Below the pieces are notes generated by a model. The model was not told where the DNA came from and did not search any database. It saw nothing but the letters and a program-made list of their open reading frames with translations. This document shows positions 40,011-52,940 of a stretch of DNA of 64,000 bases, one piece after another (position 1 is the first letter of the stretch; each line of letters opens with the position of its first letter). The position numbers and the translations under genes were made by a program. This stretch comes from Lingula anatina (taxonomy: Eukaryota > Animalia > Brachiopoda): contig CM120644.1 in NCBI GenBank assembly GCA_051362555.1, forward strand, positions 18,808,534-18,872,533, in the 5' to 3' direction.

Positions 40011-41400
40011 AATAGAGAGCTTTTGCACCTGAACGTTTAGGCGAACGACTACGTTTAGGTCATCATATTTTGCTGTCTAGTGACGTGTACACATACGGTT
40101 AGAGAGAACATTATCCGCAGCTAGATTGCTACCCGTCAATGAAAAACGGTTTGACTAATCAGCATAATTTTATGAAATCAAGCCTTTCAAAATTGATCGT
40201 TTCTCTGCTAAAATCATATTGGACATTTTATTTTTGCAATACACGTGAAACATTTTGTCTTGTTATTTGTGTCTGTGTTTTTTGTTACTATTGAAATATA
40301 GGTTATACCCGCAAAAAAGGCATTTTCCACTGACCACAAGGCAGTCAGAACTAGCCTTCCGCACGCGTGACTGATTGAGACTGCTACAGGTAGGTCATGA
40401 CGCATGACGCATAAGCAAGATATCCGCAGGGTAAGTGCCGTTTAGTAAGACACTACTAGTAGCTCGATTTTCTCCTTTAGTTGACAGGACATACCTCCTT
40501 GACTTTAAATACAAATTTTATAAAGCTTTGTTTCGAAAGTCACATGGCGTCCTGTTTTGCGTATTTTGAATAAATGAATAAAAATAAGGACAGCACATCT
40601 TTCTATAGGCTACATGAAATTGTCTCTAACAGCAAATTTTGATTAATATTTATTATGTCTGATCAGTTACAAAAACTGACGCTGCATTAATTGATGACAC
40701 GCTTATTTTTTTCAGCTGAAAATTGCGACAACATGCCGCCACTTCAGAAGTGCCGTACTGATTCATCAGCAGATTACGTCAGTTACCCAAAGACAAGTTG
40801 GCCTTCGAGAAAGAACGCTTTGTTTTAGAAAAGAAAGAGCGAGAATCTCAAATTGAGAAAGACAAACAAATGATGAAGATGGTTGTCTTTGGTTAAAAAG
40901 AAAAACTGAACTGACATACTAGGCTCTTGCTGCCTACAAGATACACATGGGCTGAATCTTTGTTAAAACATTAGTTTTTTATTCAAGATTTCATTTAAAT
41001 AAATATTTGCTAGCGGTATGAATTTTACATTTTACTCTTTAATTTTTCATACGCACAATGTACACGTGTACAGTTCGTGCTAAATAGTCCTCCAAGGTGG
41101 GAGGTTCTAGTTAAAAGTACCTATACTCTGATTGCCATACACACAGACACGTATGGTAGTTTACCAGAAGGCCACCTTCCAAGTAGCGCTTGGCTATAGG
41201 AGGAATAAGTTTCCGAACTCCCACTCCACGCATTCCCGCACAGATGAGATTCTCCTGTTGAATTCTTCTTCTTCGGCACTCAGATTTGCTCCTCTGAAGG
41301 GACTCAACAGATACCTTCTAACGGGGAAAGCCAGATCTCCATAAATTGCGTGTGGAAGACCATTCCAAAATTACCTCATCTGTCCTAATTGGTAGTTTTC
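40011..41400. mobile_element. Second, decayed Harbinger-family element (different lineage)
   Basis: Minus strand ~41370-41085 reads AIYGDLAFPVRRYLLSPFRGANLSAEEEEFNRRISSVRECVEWEFG...HTCL..GNQ...LEPPTLEDYL. A convergent plus-strand coiled-coil exon remnant ~40716-40890 reads LAFEKERFVLEKKERESQIEKDKQMM. Confidence 0.7.
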
Positions 41401-42608
41401 TTAATTCTTCTGTATTTATATTGGTAGTTTTCTTATTTCTACTGATTTTTTTTAGCTGTTTGTCTGTGTCGCAGGCGAACATGTGATCGAAAGTGGGCGT
41501 TACCTCCATTATCTTCACTGTACAGTAGATGACGTGCTTTCTGAACTAGTTAACATCTTCAACATTGATGGACATTTTATGTTTAACAAACTTTTTTTCA
41601 TTGGTAGATTTCTGCTTTCTTCTGATTTTTTCCCTATATCAACCCTGTTTCTGTGTCACAGACGAAATCCGACAATTTGGTGAAACGGTTTAGGACGAAA
41701 CACAAATTCAAGATTTGAATCTGAGGAAGACTTGCTGGAAATGACAGATGTATGCTGGTATAAAGGAGAGTTTACAGTTATCTCTTAAACACAATAGGAC
41801 GCACTGTCATTTCACGTAAAACCAGCGAGCGTGTGTATGTGTGATTTATAGTAATCTGATGTTTTTATCTGAAACGGGAACTATTCTTGGAAATGAACGA
41901 CTGAATGAAAAAAGGAAATACCAACAGAATCAAATTAGATTTTACTCGTCTTTATTAGTACATAGATATTTTGGCCAAAATTTCTCCTTCTTCAACGTGA
42001 TTTCATAGTCCCGGCTTAAGCAGTAAATTAGCAATATAAATCAGATGTCTCAAACGGTAGTAAAATGAAAGCATATAGTTGTTATGATGGTGTCAGGTGA
42101 CCAGAGGTAGTTGACCTTGCTAAGTAGGTCAAGGTGATCCTATCGAGCACCGATCAAGGAATGCCAATAGAAAAGAGGGATACGTGTTCCAAATTTGGTG
42201 ACCTTGGCTTATCGTTTTATTTATTTATTTATTCATTTTTTTTTGACAATATTGTGACAAGCGTGCCAACGGAGAGAGGATATCTACGACTCAGTCGCTT
42301 GAGTCGAAAACTGAAATTTTGATGGTAATTGCAAATCCATATTTCAGAAGAAACATTTCAAACACGTGTTATGTTTTTTTTTTTTTTTTTTTTCAGTTCA
42401 AATAATAATGATAAAGCATACGGGTACTACATGGCTGACAAACATAGGAAGATGAAACCAGGAGAGCCAAGATCACCAAATTTGTGACAATTGCGTCTGT
42501 GGGGCTCTTGGCTAAGATTACGAACTTTTCATTTAGCAATGGTCAAAATGGAAAAATAGGTGTATCGGTGGGGGAATGCAATATGACATGGCCATTTTAG
42601 TACTGGAA

Positions 42609-45178
42609 TTAAAATCGTTCACAGATATATTGATTTTTACTAATGCATGATTCATCATTCCAATTGTTGCTCCAGAAAATCTCGATACAATGTTCTTTTC
42701 CATCAACATTATTAGGTTCACCTTCATGCCAGTTGGTGAATGTAAGAGGGCTGTTTGTAGCAACCCAGACCCATCTACCCTCGCTCTCCCGGTCGTTAGC
42801 ACCTATCCACCAGTAGCGCTCTGAATCTAAAATTTAGAGGAAAAGTGTTGTAATACCCAAAGCCACATATTAATGATAGAACTTTTTTTTAGAAAATTCA
42901 AACGAGGCCATACACGCAAGAAGTAGGCTGCCTTATCCCCCCCCCCAATCTGTTGCACTTTTTTTCTGAGTGAATATTTGACTACCTGTGTTTTCTTCCG
43001 ACCTGAATAAATATATTCTTTTAAATAAAAATAATTTAAATGATAAACTACCTACACTTCATGAGTTTCCATACATTCTAAAAGTTTCGAAGGCCTGAGT
43101 TATTTGATATACCCCAGTATTTAAAAAAAAACGTCACTTTAACCACCTATTAAACCAAATGGAAATGAGCTTACCTGGTAAGTTGGCCACAATCATCTCA
43201 TTTTCAGCTTTGGACGTTATAGTAACCAGATTGGCAGAGAGACTTTGACAGTGCTCCTGAGCTTGGAGCCAAGTTTTCCTAGCTGGCGAGAAATAATAGC
43301 AGCTGCCACCGAGCTTAACGAAACCAGAGGGACAGTCTGAAAAGCAGAATAAACGAATTAGTAAAAATCTATAAAATGCGTCAGATTTCAAAATATGGTA
43401 TTAGCTCTAAAAGTCTAAAACGTTTTTGTTTAATTCTGAAATGAATAGAAATGCTGGCAAATATACAATTTACAGGAAAAAAAAAGGAAGACTCCCACGT
43501 TATGAATGACGGAACGATGAATTTTGAATTTTTGATAAACCAGCTGTGTGGTCACCCAGTCGAAAGATGTGACAACCGATGTACAGGTATATGACATCCA
43601 AAACGGTCAGATTTTCATAATCTTTATTTTAGATCCAAGTTTTGAATTAAAAACATTTGGGATTATACTAAGTGAGCATCACCAAACAATAATGTGAATC
43701 TACATCAAAGGGGTTGTGTAATTTCATACACTCCAAACACCAGAATGGCTTTTTGGTGTCAACAATGCATCCTAAATATCATTATCTCTTTGTCACACGC
43801 TTCATATCTTTGCATTGCCGAACCTTTACCCGTGCTATATCCACATATTCAGAGGCAGCAAGTTGTAGTTTTTTTGTAGTTATGTATATGAAGGTGCAAA
43901 ACCGCAACAAGTCAATGTAGTGTGAAAAATAATATCTACAAACGTTTGCACGCACGCGCTTGCATCCCCCGTCCAATCCCCACGTACACGAACAAAGACA
44001 TTAATTCATCCAAACTCACAAATCCTTTAATTAATTTAACACTATCATTTTTTTATTATACCTTAATGAATATCCTACCTTTAAGTTTTTCTTCCATTTG
44101 CTTTATTTTCTCCAAGGCGGTTTCTAGTTTATCAGTTAGAGTCGACAGCGAAGCATCAGATTTCACGAACTGTTCATGTTGAAGGTTCATCTTCTTCTCC
44201 ATTTTCAGATTTGCCATGTCTGTGACATGTAACTTCTTTTCCAAATCAGCAACCTACAGCAATCAATTAAGTAAAATCAGACACGTTGAAGGCAGCAAAT
44301 TTCTGGGCTGAACAACACACACTTTTCGACTAAGTGTTTAAAAAAGCCTTTGTCAACTTCATGTACTCGGACCCCTCAACAGCTTTGAGCTAGTGCAGGG
44401 GTTATAATAAAAGAGGAAATATAAAAGTTAAGTTGGAAGTTTTAACGTTACACAAGAAAATTGCTTAACACAGTACTTCTCGGACTTGTCTTTTTTAACG
44501 TCTTGTTTATGATCACCATTTAATCGGGTTGTTAGATATTTAGCAGTAGAAAAATGTTCCTCCCTATAATGATGAGACCCAAATAATATCTGATTTAGAT
44601 TGCTTTGAGAAGCTGTGCTTAAAAGTCCTCAGTGAACGTCATCCACAAAAGCCATTGGGACTTACGCATCCCCCAAAAAACTAACAAGCCGATTTTCAAT
44701 GTTTTTTATTCAGTTGCGCGTTGCCTTGCTCACATTGATCAAATAATATTGCCAATTTCGGTGCTTTTTTTTCAAGAAACACCAAGCTGTTTAAAGTATA
44801 ATGAAAGCCGAGGTAAATACATGTGAAACATTGAAAATATTTAATTCTGAGGGGATTATTTTTGTATTTAACCAGCAAAAAGGTAGATGCAATGTTGCAT
44901 ACCTAGATGAACGAAAATCTTTTCGGTATTTTGATGATTAAAACCCATCGTGTACCCTTAAGAAGGTTGGGGCATACTGCATAAGTATATAGTTATTACG
45001 GCATACGAACCTTTTCTTTGTTCTCCTTACATGAGCAAGTATCAACGGTACCGGTACCTGTTCCTGTATGACCTGACAGAACGTCGTCGAATATTGGGGG
45101 CATAACGTACCCCCAAACTTTACTGTGCTGGACAAGAACCAACAAGAGCACACATGATAACAAACGGAACACTGCCAT
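42609..45178 (-). CDS. Secreted C-type lectin (perlucin-like), copy C, 240 aa
   Basis: Exons 45178-45011, 44253-44079, 43336-43175, 42826-42609, in phase. Last exon DSERYWWIGANDRESEGRWVWV..WHEGEPNNVDGKEHCIEIFWSNNWNDESCISKNQYICERF*. Confidence 0.92.
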
Positions 45179-45997
45179 TCTTAGACTGTATGAACCAACA
45201 AATGGGTTTATTGTCTACCACGCCGTGGATAGAGCACTCTTTTATCCAGTAGTAATGGGAGGGGTTTGATATTATATTTCAGATACTTGTCGCAATTGTA
45301 TTGGTTGGCGTTGAACATGTGATCGAAAGTGGGTGTTACCTCCATTATCTCCACTGTACAGTAGATGACGTGCTTTCTGAACTAATTGGCAAGATCAACA
45401 TTGGTGGACATTTTATGTTTAAGAAGCTGTATTTATATTGGTAGTTTTCTGATTTCTACTGATTTTTTTAGCTGTTTGTCTGTGTCACAGGCGATATCTG
45501 ACAATTTCGAGAAAGGGGTTAAGACGAACATAGAAATCCATGATTCGAATCTGGGGAACCAGTCTAGGGAAGACTTACTGGAAATGATAGATGTATGCTG
45601 GGAAAAAGGAAAGTTGACAGTAACCTCTTAAACCCAATAGGACGCTCTGTCATTTCACGTGAAACCAGCGTGCATGTGTTTGACTGTGTGATTCATAGCA
45701 ATCTGATGTTTTTATGTTAAACGGGAACTATACCTGGAAACCACATGCTAGTCTAGTAATTGATATGATAGATAGATTTACCCGACCAGCTCTCTGGTAG
45801 GTCAGACTAATTCGATGAGTTGGTTAGGGGGCACGACCAACCCTAATTTTGTGGATATCCACATTTTTAAAAACGCCTTGGGCATTGAACCCAATGGAAA
45901 TAGTGGTGCTGTTGTTTTACATATATTTTTATGCTCAAAAATTCATCTGTACTGTAGATTTGAATTTACCTTAGTAGTACGCCCGACACTAAATTTA

Positions 45998-46528
45998 TGT
46001 TATAGTGAGGAATAACGACAACGATCTGGAATTTTCGAACGTTTATTCACCGACTCTCTCTTCATAGAACTTTCATAAATATTTATACTCAATTTCTCCG
46101 TACTGATCACGCATTTACTTGTTTTCTTTTCCATTGCCTTTGCGTGATTACAAAATATTTTGCATTTGCATGTTGCAAGTCACCATGCAACATTTCCTTA
46201 TTAGGTAATCCCTAAGAGACTTGTTTTCAATTAAAGATATCTAAAATATTATTTGGATTACTCATGCTTGGACCTTATCCAAAACTCAGTTATCATGTGA
46301 TAAACAGTTAATCAAAATTGAAATATGTTATGAAATTAACCAATCACATGAACTGTTACTGACTTTGACCTTTTCCATCTTTTCCTGACCTTAAAAACAT
46401 CTTCTACACTTGTTGACTTTTGATGAAACCTAACTTACACTCAATAACTCCCTATCCTTTTACTCGTTTGATTCCGTTTTAATTGTCATCTGCAATTAGC
46501 GAAAGTGTAAGTAATTTGCTTTACAACA
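45998..46528 (-). mobile_element. Solo LTR (531 bp) upstream of lectin C
   Basis: TGTT...AACA termini, 4-bp TSD TTTA/TTTA, minus-strand TATAAATA (~46080-46087) then AATAAA (~46042-46047). Empty site at ~35724 in copy A. Confidence 0.78.
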
Positions 46529-47629
46529 TTTAGCAAACGTGCCCGATTAACACGACATGTCTATAAAAACAGACAACCAATCCTGTTGGCAGAGAAATAC
46601 CGCTCGTTAACCACACTTCTCGTTCACGTCTGATCATGTCTTTAAAAACAGATAGATGGGGGGCATCCTTAAATTCTCGGCTACCTGGAAACCAAAATCT
46701 CTCTTAGGACCTTTCAGTAACTTTTGTGGAGCAGGAAAGAATGAACTGTATTGTTTAAAATAGTATGGCAAGATGCCAGTGGGCCTATTTTGTTCCAAAA
46801 TGGACGAAGACAAATATTACTTCGATTGAAATAAAAAATAAAAACATTCGTCTGACACAAATGTATGTCTTTTGGTAATAATGCGTCCTTTATAATTTTC
46901 ATTTTTAATTAACTACTCATTTTTTTTCTACGCGAGATCATCCGTCTTTAGCATATGTTATATTCCAAATGCTCATATGTCAGACAGCTGGGAATCTATG
47001 TGTAGACAGACATTAAGTGTACAGTATCATTACGTGTACAGTATCATGTTTAGTTTAATGATAAATATGGGGACGTATATGGTAATACATTTGCACCAGG
47101 GAAAAAGCCATGCTTTAAATTTATATGCAGTAAATGGATCTTCGGTTTTCCTAACATTTCATTAGATTACCAGTAATTAATCTCATCATTTCCATTCGAT
47201 TTCTCCCCCCTTTCACAAACCCTAACGAGATTTTCTTCCTGCTCTTGGTGTTGTTTCCCAACCTATTGGTACGTGCACCGTGCTAGTGTAGCGTATGGCA
47301 TGATTTGATGCATTGCATTAAGGGGACAGATAGGGTTAACTACGCTTAAAATCATGTTTTTGAGTTTTTTGTGTGTTTCTATTAATCAAAAAAGTATCTA
47401 ACGTTGGCTGTAATAATTATTTTGAATTTGCACCGCAAAATGTGTCTTTTGATGAGTTTTTCAACCGGCACGCGCCCCAGTCAGGCTGACAACTAAGCCA
47501 CGCCTCTGTTGCTAAGGGCCGTTGCCATGAGGGGGGCGGAGCATAGGTAATGAGTTATAAGCCGATTACGTGTGCGGTAATAGGTCATAAGTCTTACATC
47601 AGCTAAGCAGTGAAGAAGTCGAGTACGCT

Positions 47630-48084
47630 ATGGGGAAGAGAAAAGTTCGTGTTAAAAACCCATTTCCAGAGGAAAGAAAGAAAATTTTGAAAGAGAGTAT
47701 GCGCGGCGGTTGGGAAAACCGGTATTTGTTGAGTCGGATGACGAGAGAGAGAATCTACCTGGAGCGAGCGCTCGTAAGATACTGAAGGACTTAGAACAGC
47801 CCTCGGAGTCTTCAGACAGTGATCGCGAGGAATATACCGTAGCTACTGGGTACAGGCTTTGGCACAGTGGACAGTTGTTAGAAAGTGTCAACAAGTCGTG
47901 TGTTTGTCGTGTGTGTGGCGGCGTCGTTGTGTTGGTCGAAAGTAAACAGAAACGGCAAGGTTGGGCATGTCAAATGAGGTGGATTTGCACCGTTTGCGGC
48001 GGTATTCCGGAAGAGGGCTGGACCTCAACGTCGAGGAAGACGGGACGTTTTTTTGAAGTAAACAGGGCGAGTGTTCTCGGAATG
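47630..48084 (+). pseudogene. N-terminal fragment of a Kolobok-type transposase (Cys-rich 'Mutator-like' domain)
   Basis: MGKRKVRVK (frameshift) ...SARKI...GYRLW...CRVCGG...QGWACQMRWICTVC...TSRKTGRFFEVNRASVLGM, truncated by the internal deletion. Confidence 0.7.
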
Positions 48085-48831
48085 CCTGATAAAAGAAAGC
48101 ACATCTGCTGGGAAGCTGTAATGGCATCCGTCCGGCCCAATGTCTTGCTTCTGTATAAAAAAATTACAAAAAATGAATGTTATAACCAAGTGATAGAAAC
48201 TGGATAAAGTCAACTTCTAATAAAAATCTTATTTGACCTTTTAAAAGTCAGACTCTGTAAAGAAATAGCCCTGCACTATTACAAAATACTTTAACCAACA
48301 CATTTTACACGTTTGTAATAAAAAGTGAAAAACAACATTTTTGTCCTAATGTTTTGCAAAGGAACTCATACTGAAGATTGCTATATTAAAAATAACGTGT
48401 TTTTTTACCTTTAATGCCCTTGCCCAAGAGCTGTAGTGCATGAAACGAATTTTAATATGTGTTTTTCCTTTCATTTTTGCGGCTGTGACTGTATGATCTA
48501 ATCCTTTTGCGAACTCTTTCCCATCAAACCTAAAAATAAAAGGAAGGTATGATAAATACGACGCACGTGGTACCTCAACACATCAGACTTATTCATAAGA
48601 TAACTTCATTCAGTGCCCTGTGTGATCTAGTATTAGACGCAATCCACGGTAAAATGCCGAAGCAACTTTTACATGCTTCAAAAGATTTGAATAGATACTT
48701 TTTTACAATCAACACGTTCGTGGTTTCAAAACTCACCCACACTCAGCCATTTCACTCAAAAGCCTTCTCTCAGCCACTTTTATCGCTGATTCTTGTGCAG
48801 CTGAGCGTCTCCCCTTTATCTTAGCTGGCAT
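48080..48831 (-). pseudogene. Second, convergent spliced gene of the Kolobok element (candidate accessory/KolX-like), 3' truncated
   Basis: Exons 48831-48737, 48529-48409, 48150-~48080, GT-AG and in phase: MPAKIKGRRSAAQESAIKVAERRLLSEMAECGFDGKEFAKGLDHTVTAAKMKGKTHIKIRFMHYSSWARALKKQDIGPDGCHYSFPADVLSFIR. Confidence 0.65.
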
Positions 48832-50133
48832 TTTGAGAAATACTGCTATGAGATAATCGTTGGATTTTTCCGTTGATCTGACGATTACCAAGTGTCGTGC
48901 AAAATAATCCTGCAGCGTTACCCGTCAAAAAAACTCGTGTTAACACAAGTGACGGACACTTGCTCTCGACACAGTTTTATCTGATCACTTTGCCGATAAC
49001 AAAGAAGGAATCTCTCAGGTAAAATTACTCGATTGCCGAGGAAGAGCCATTGAAACGATCAAATGCAACTTCACACCTCTTAATTGCGGTTAAACGTAAT
49101 CGCCTTTGTTAGCGCTTCCTTCTACATATCCTTGACACCCTACGGGGCATCACTAGGCTAGGACCCTCTCCAGAGCTGTCAATCAAAGTGGCGGCACGCT
49201 TACATGCCTAACGAGTGGTCGGAAAATGTAACAAAAGCACGATTTTCTGCCCCTTCAAAGCACCCAAACAAAATATTTTTAGATGACAATAAGCAATGGT
49301 TCCATCTGATCGTATAACCGATAACAGGTAAATTTGCCAGCTAAGCATTTTGACTAATAAGCCCTGTTAACCAACCTGTGAACGTTTTTGGCTGTTTTAA
49401 CAGCTTTCTTTATTGACGAGATAAGTGAATCGCTGCCGAGTATATCTCACTATCTGAGCAACCGATCGTTACAAAAGTTGCACCTATTGTTGTTAGGAAT
49501 GTGGACTACAGCATGATATCAGGGGTTTAAGAGGAAATTGTTTGTTTGAAAGTTATCGCCTTTTAAAGTGAATAACCCATTGAAATATGGGCTGATTTAA
49601 CGTAAAAGATGATAAAATCAAAAGTAAATAGTTAAAGACAATTCCCTGGTACCGCGCTGTAGTGCTTTCACCCAGCTTTATGAGGCCTTTTGAATCACTT
49701 GAATAGCTGTCTTGGTTATAGAGAAAATCCCAATACCGAAAACGGCATTTTTCCCCTCAAATTGGCGCCAGAGCGTCATCCGTTGGACACTGTACTTAAT
49801 CCCCGTCTTTAATTGGCCTTTTGGGAAGTTTGTTTTAATTTTTTATTAAAACTTACAAGCCCAGGGCTTTGTTTCTATGACTTTGGTCCTTTTACTATAA
49901 GTCCCCTTAAATGCGCTTTTTGGGAAGCGTCAACTCCATTCTGTTAGGTGTGACAGACGCTGTCAACCACCGCAACCGTGTACCGTAAAATTAACACCAA
50001 TATTACAGTACTTGTGAACTGTCCACGTCCACCCGCTTCGGTCAGGAGGCCCACCAGTTAAAGACGTAAAAACTTCTATTATCCGCACTTTCTGTATATT
50101 AAAAGTGCCGCTTAATTTGAATCTACAATGGTA

Positions 50134-50348
50134 GACCCCATTCCCACATATTTTAGATCGATCTATCCCTGTGGGGAGTCTCACTAGATTACTGTCAGCT
50201 TAGCCGGCTTAAGCGTCTGTCTCGCCTACTAAAAGCTGTAAGGGGGTAATCAAGTACCGTGCGCGCTCGGCTGACTTCAATTTAGCGTGAACCCCCAGGG
50301 AGTTAGGTCGATCTAGATGGATCGATCTAAATCTATGGGAAAGCACTC
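50134..50348. mobile_element. PIF/Harbinger-type MITE
   Basis: TSD GTA/GTA, imperfect TIRs with TAGATCGATC, inverted copy at 63518-63741. Confidence 0.8.
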
Positions 50349-52839
50349 GTAGTCTCGGCGTTCAACCCATGATCTGCTGCTGACAATTTAATTGTTTCAC
50401 ATATAAATTGAACATGCATTTTAATATATCTAATATGGGTTTTGTTTGCAGTGGGGCAACGCCATTCCTAAAGATAAAAGATGACCTTATAATGAAGTTT
50501 AACTCACATCAAATAAAAACAGGACAACATACACACTCGCGTGCACGCACGCACGCACAGACACACACATACTAGTCCTTTAATATGCCATTTGTAAATT
50601 TTCAGTTCGTCCTGTTGAAATCTAAAATTTAATTGTCTGACTTCAGAAGACTCGTTTAATCATAGACTACACTTCCTGTATTTATTATCACATAGTGCGT
50701 GTGAAAAATTCACATGTAATGACTACGTATAATTTTGATGGAGAAGAAAAAATGTTCACAGCAGCCAAAATCTCGACGCAAATAAAGTGTTTTCACTGAA
50801 ATAATCTTAGACAAAATAATTCACTCGTTCTGTGCGCCGCGTCATCTAAGGCCAAGCCACACTTGTGAGACCAGTGGTAGAGTCAACACACTATGAACAG
50901 CGTCCTAATTACTGTCGGGAAGAGAAAAGGTGGTCCTTTGTTAAAGGTGAGATCAAGTTGTTTGATAACACTAGGAGGCGTTGCTATAAAGGTGTGACAC
51001 AGAGATAGGGTGAACATTTGCCTACACACAGCGATACTCTCTCTTACCCATTTACAGGAAGAGCAACAAGTAAGTGACACCTTTTTCTACGCTTTGAAAT
51101 CCCTGTTACATCGAGCCTGCCACCGTTTAGAGAACAGTTTTTGATAACTGGCGCCCCTTTCAAATTTGGGGTTTTGGAAATATTTAATAGTCAGTGTCAT
51201 ATTAATGAACTTTAAAATTGGACAACAAGAAAGAAAAAATAAAAGGCCCCATAAAACCTTAAGTGCTTAAATATTGCAGCCTTCTTTGTAGCATAATTCC
51301 TGTAAGTGGACTAAAATTCCTTTTCCGGGGGGTCGCAAGACCGGTGTACCATGGACTTGAATACTTCCCTGGTCAGTGTGTACTTATAAGAGACAGGAAA
51401 AGGGAAAACTAGAGAGGCATGCCGGCGGTTAATTACATTGAATATGAAAAGTGTATAATGACAACAACTAAATGTGGCTTTTACCAGTATTACCCTTTTG
51501 TTCTTAGTTGGTGTCATCTAGATTTTATAACGGATTTTGCGTTCATCTGTAAATTGTTCTCCCTAAGCTTTTAAAATGTGGTTTCTTGTTAATGTGATTG
51601 TGTGGGCGTTTGCTTGTTTGGTTGAATGGCGTGAGAGTTGACATCTTGATGATTATCGAATCAAGTATCGTTTTGTTTTTTAACAAAAAAACGCCCTTTG
51701 TTGCCCACGATACAAATTGACTGTTCGTTCGAAATAATGAAGGTCTGATAAGTAGATATGCGCTTGTAATACGAATATTAATGCTGGGTTACGGTTGTCC
51801 TTTGCAAATAAAAATGGGCGGATTCGGGGGCGGGGGTTGGGGGGGGGAGGAGGGGGAGTAGTAAAGGAAATTCAATGATGTCGTGATGGCTTTATAGTAA
51901 ATAAAGTCAACAATAAACTGTCCCAGACTACACAGACATCGGAATTTACGCGTTGATTTTTGATTATAAAAAAAATATCAAGTTTGCTCGTGTTAATAAG
52001 AAATTCTTCTAAGGGAAAATAGGAGCCAAATATTCTGAGCATTAGGGTACTTTTGCTGACGGTAAACAGTGGACCTCGTGGTGCGGACGATGACTTCCGC
52101 AGCAAATGCCGTCCGTCCCCAATGCTGGAAAGTAGCACTTGTACCCCTTATATTGATAACGGAAAATAGCTTTTGAAGAAGGCGAAAAATTCAGGACGAC
52201 GTGACCGTCGTTATTTTGACATTCTATCCTTCGCCCTGTTACATATTTCATTCAGAAAAAATATCTCATCCCTGATCTGACCTAGAGAGGGTCGATACTG
52301 CGGGATTAATGCAAAGGTGTGTAAGATTATTTTCTAAATTCCGTCACGGTACCTGTTCAGCGGCTTAAGTAGATGCATATCAATACATTCATCTGAAAGA
52401 CGTCTCTGAAATGTATCTCCTCGTGATCTAAGAGGAGTTCGTTATACTGTAAGAGACGGCGACTTTGTTTTCAGCCATTCTTGACTAAAGCATATATTTG
52501 AACATGGACCGTAATCTCGTAATCTCGCCAGTTTCTCTGGCTACAAGTGTTGCCAGTCACTGTATACATCAAAAGTCAGTCCAAAAATTGCTTAGGATCA
52601 CAGACAGAAAGCTTTACCTTTCTAATATACAGACTCATAAACATAACGGAAACGAACATCACGATTTTATCTGTAATTGGCTTAAGTCAACTAAACCGTT
52701 TTATGTATTCCGTGCGTTTTACTTTTACTACATTTTGGTTTGTAAACAGCGGTGGGAGTTCTATAAGTTTGAATAATACGTGCAAGAACAAAGTATTTGA
52801 AATGAAAAATACTTACATTTTCATGAAGTGTCCCTTTTT

Positions 52840-52940
<101 letters not shown>

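Larger units (their letters stand above)
47322..49906 (+). mobile_element. Internally deleted Kolobok-type transposon (copy 2)
   Basis: TTAA TSD confirmed by the single TTAA at the paralogous empty site 36320-36323. Termini GGGGAC/GTCCCC. Confidence 0.88.
28750..51240. repeat. Three-copy tandem segmental duplication carrying the lectin genes (A ~28750-37080, B ~37100-41890, C ~41910-51240)
   Basis: Colinear flanks and introns, e.g. GTGTCAGGTGACCAGAGGTA at ~28921, ~37198, ~42091; upstream block 36490-37010 matches 50710-51230. Confidence 0.88.
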
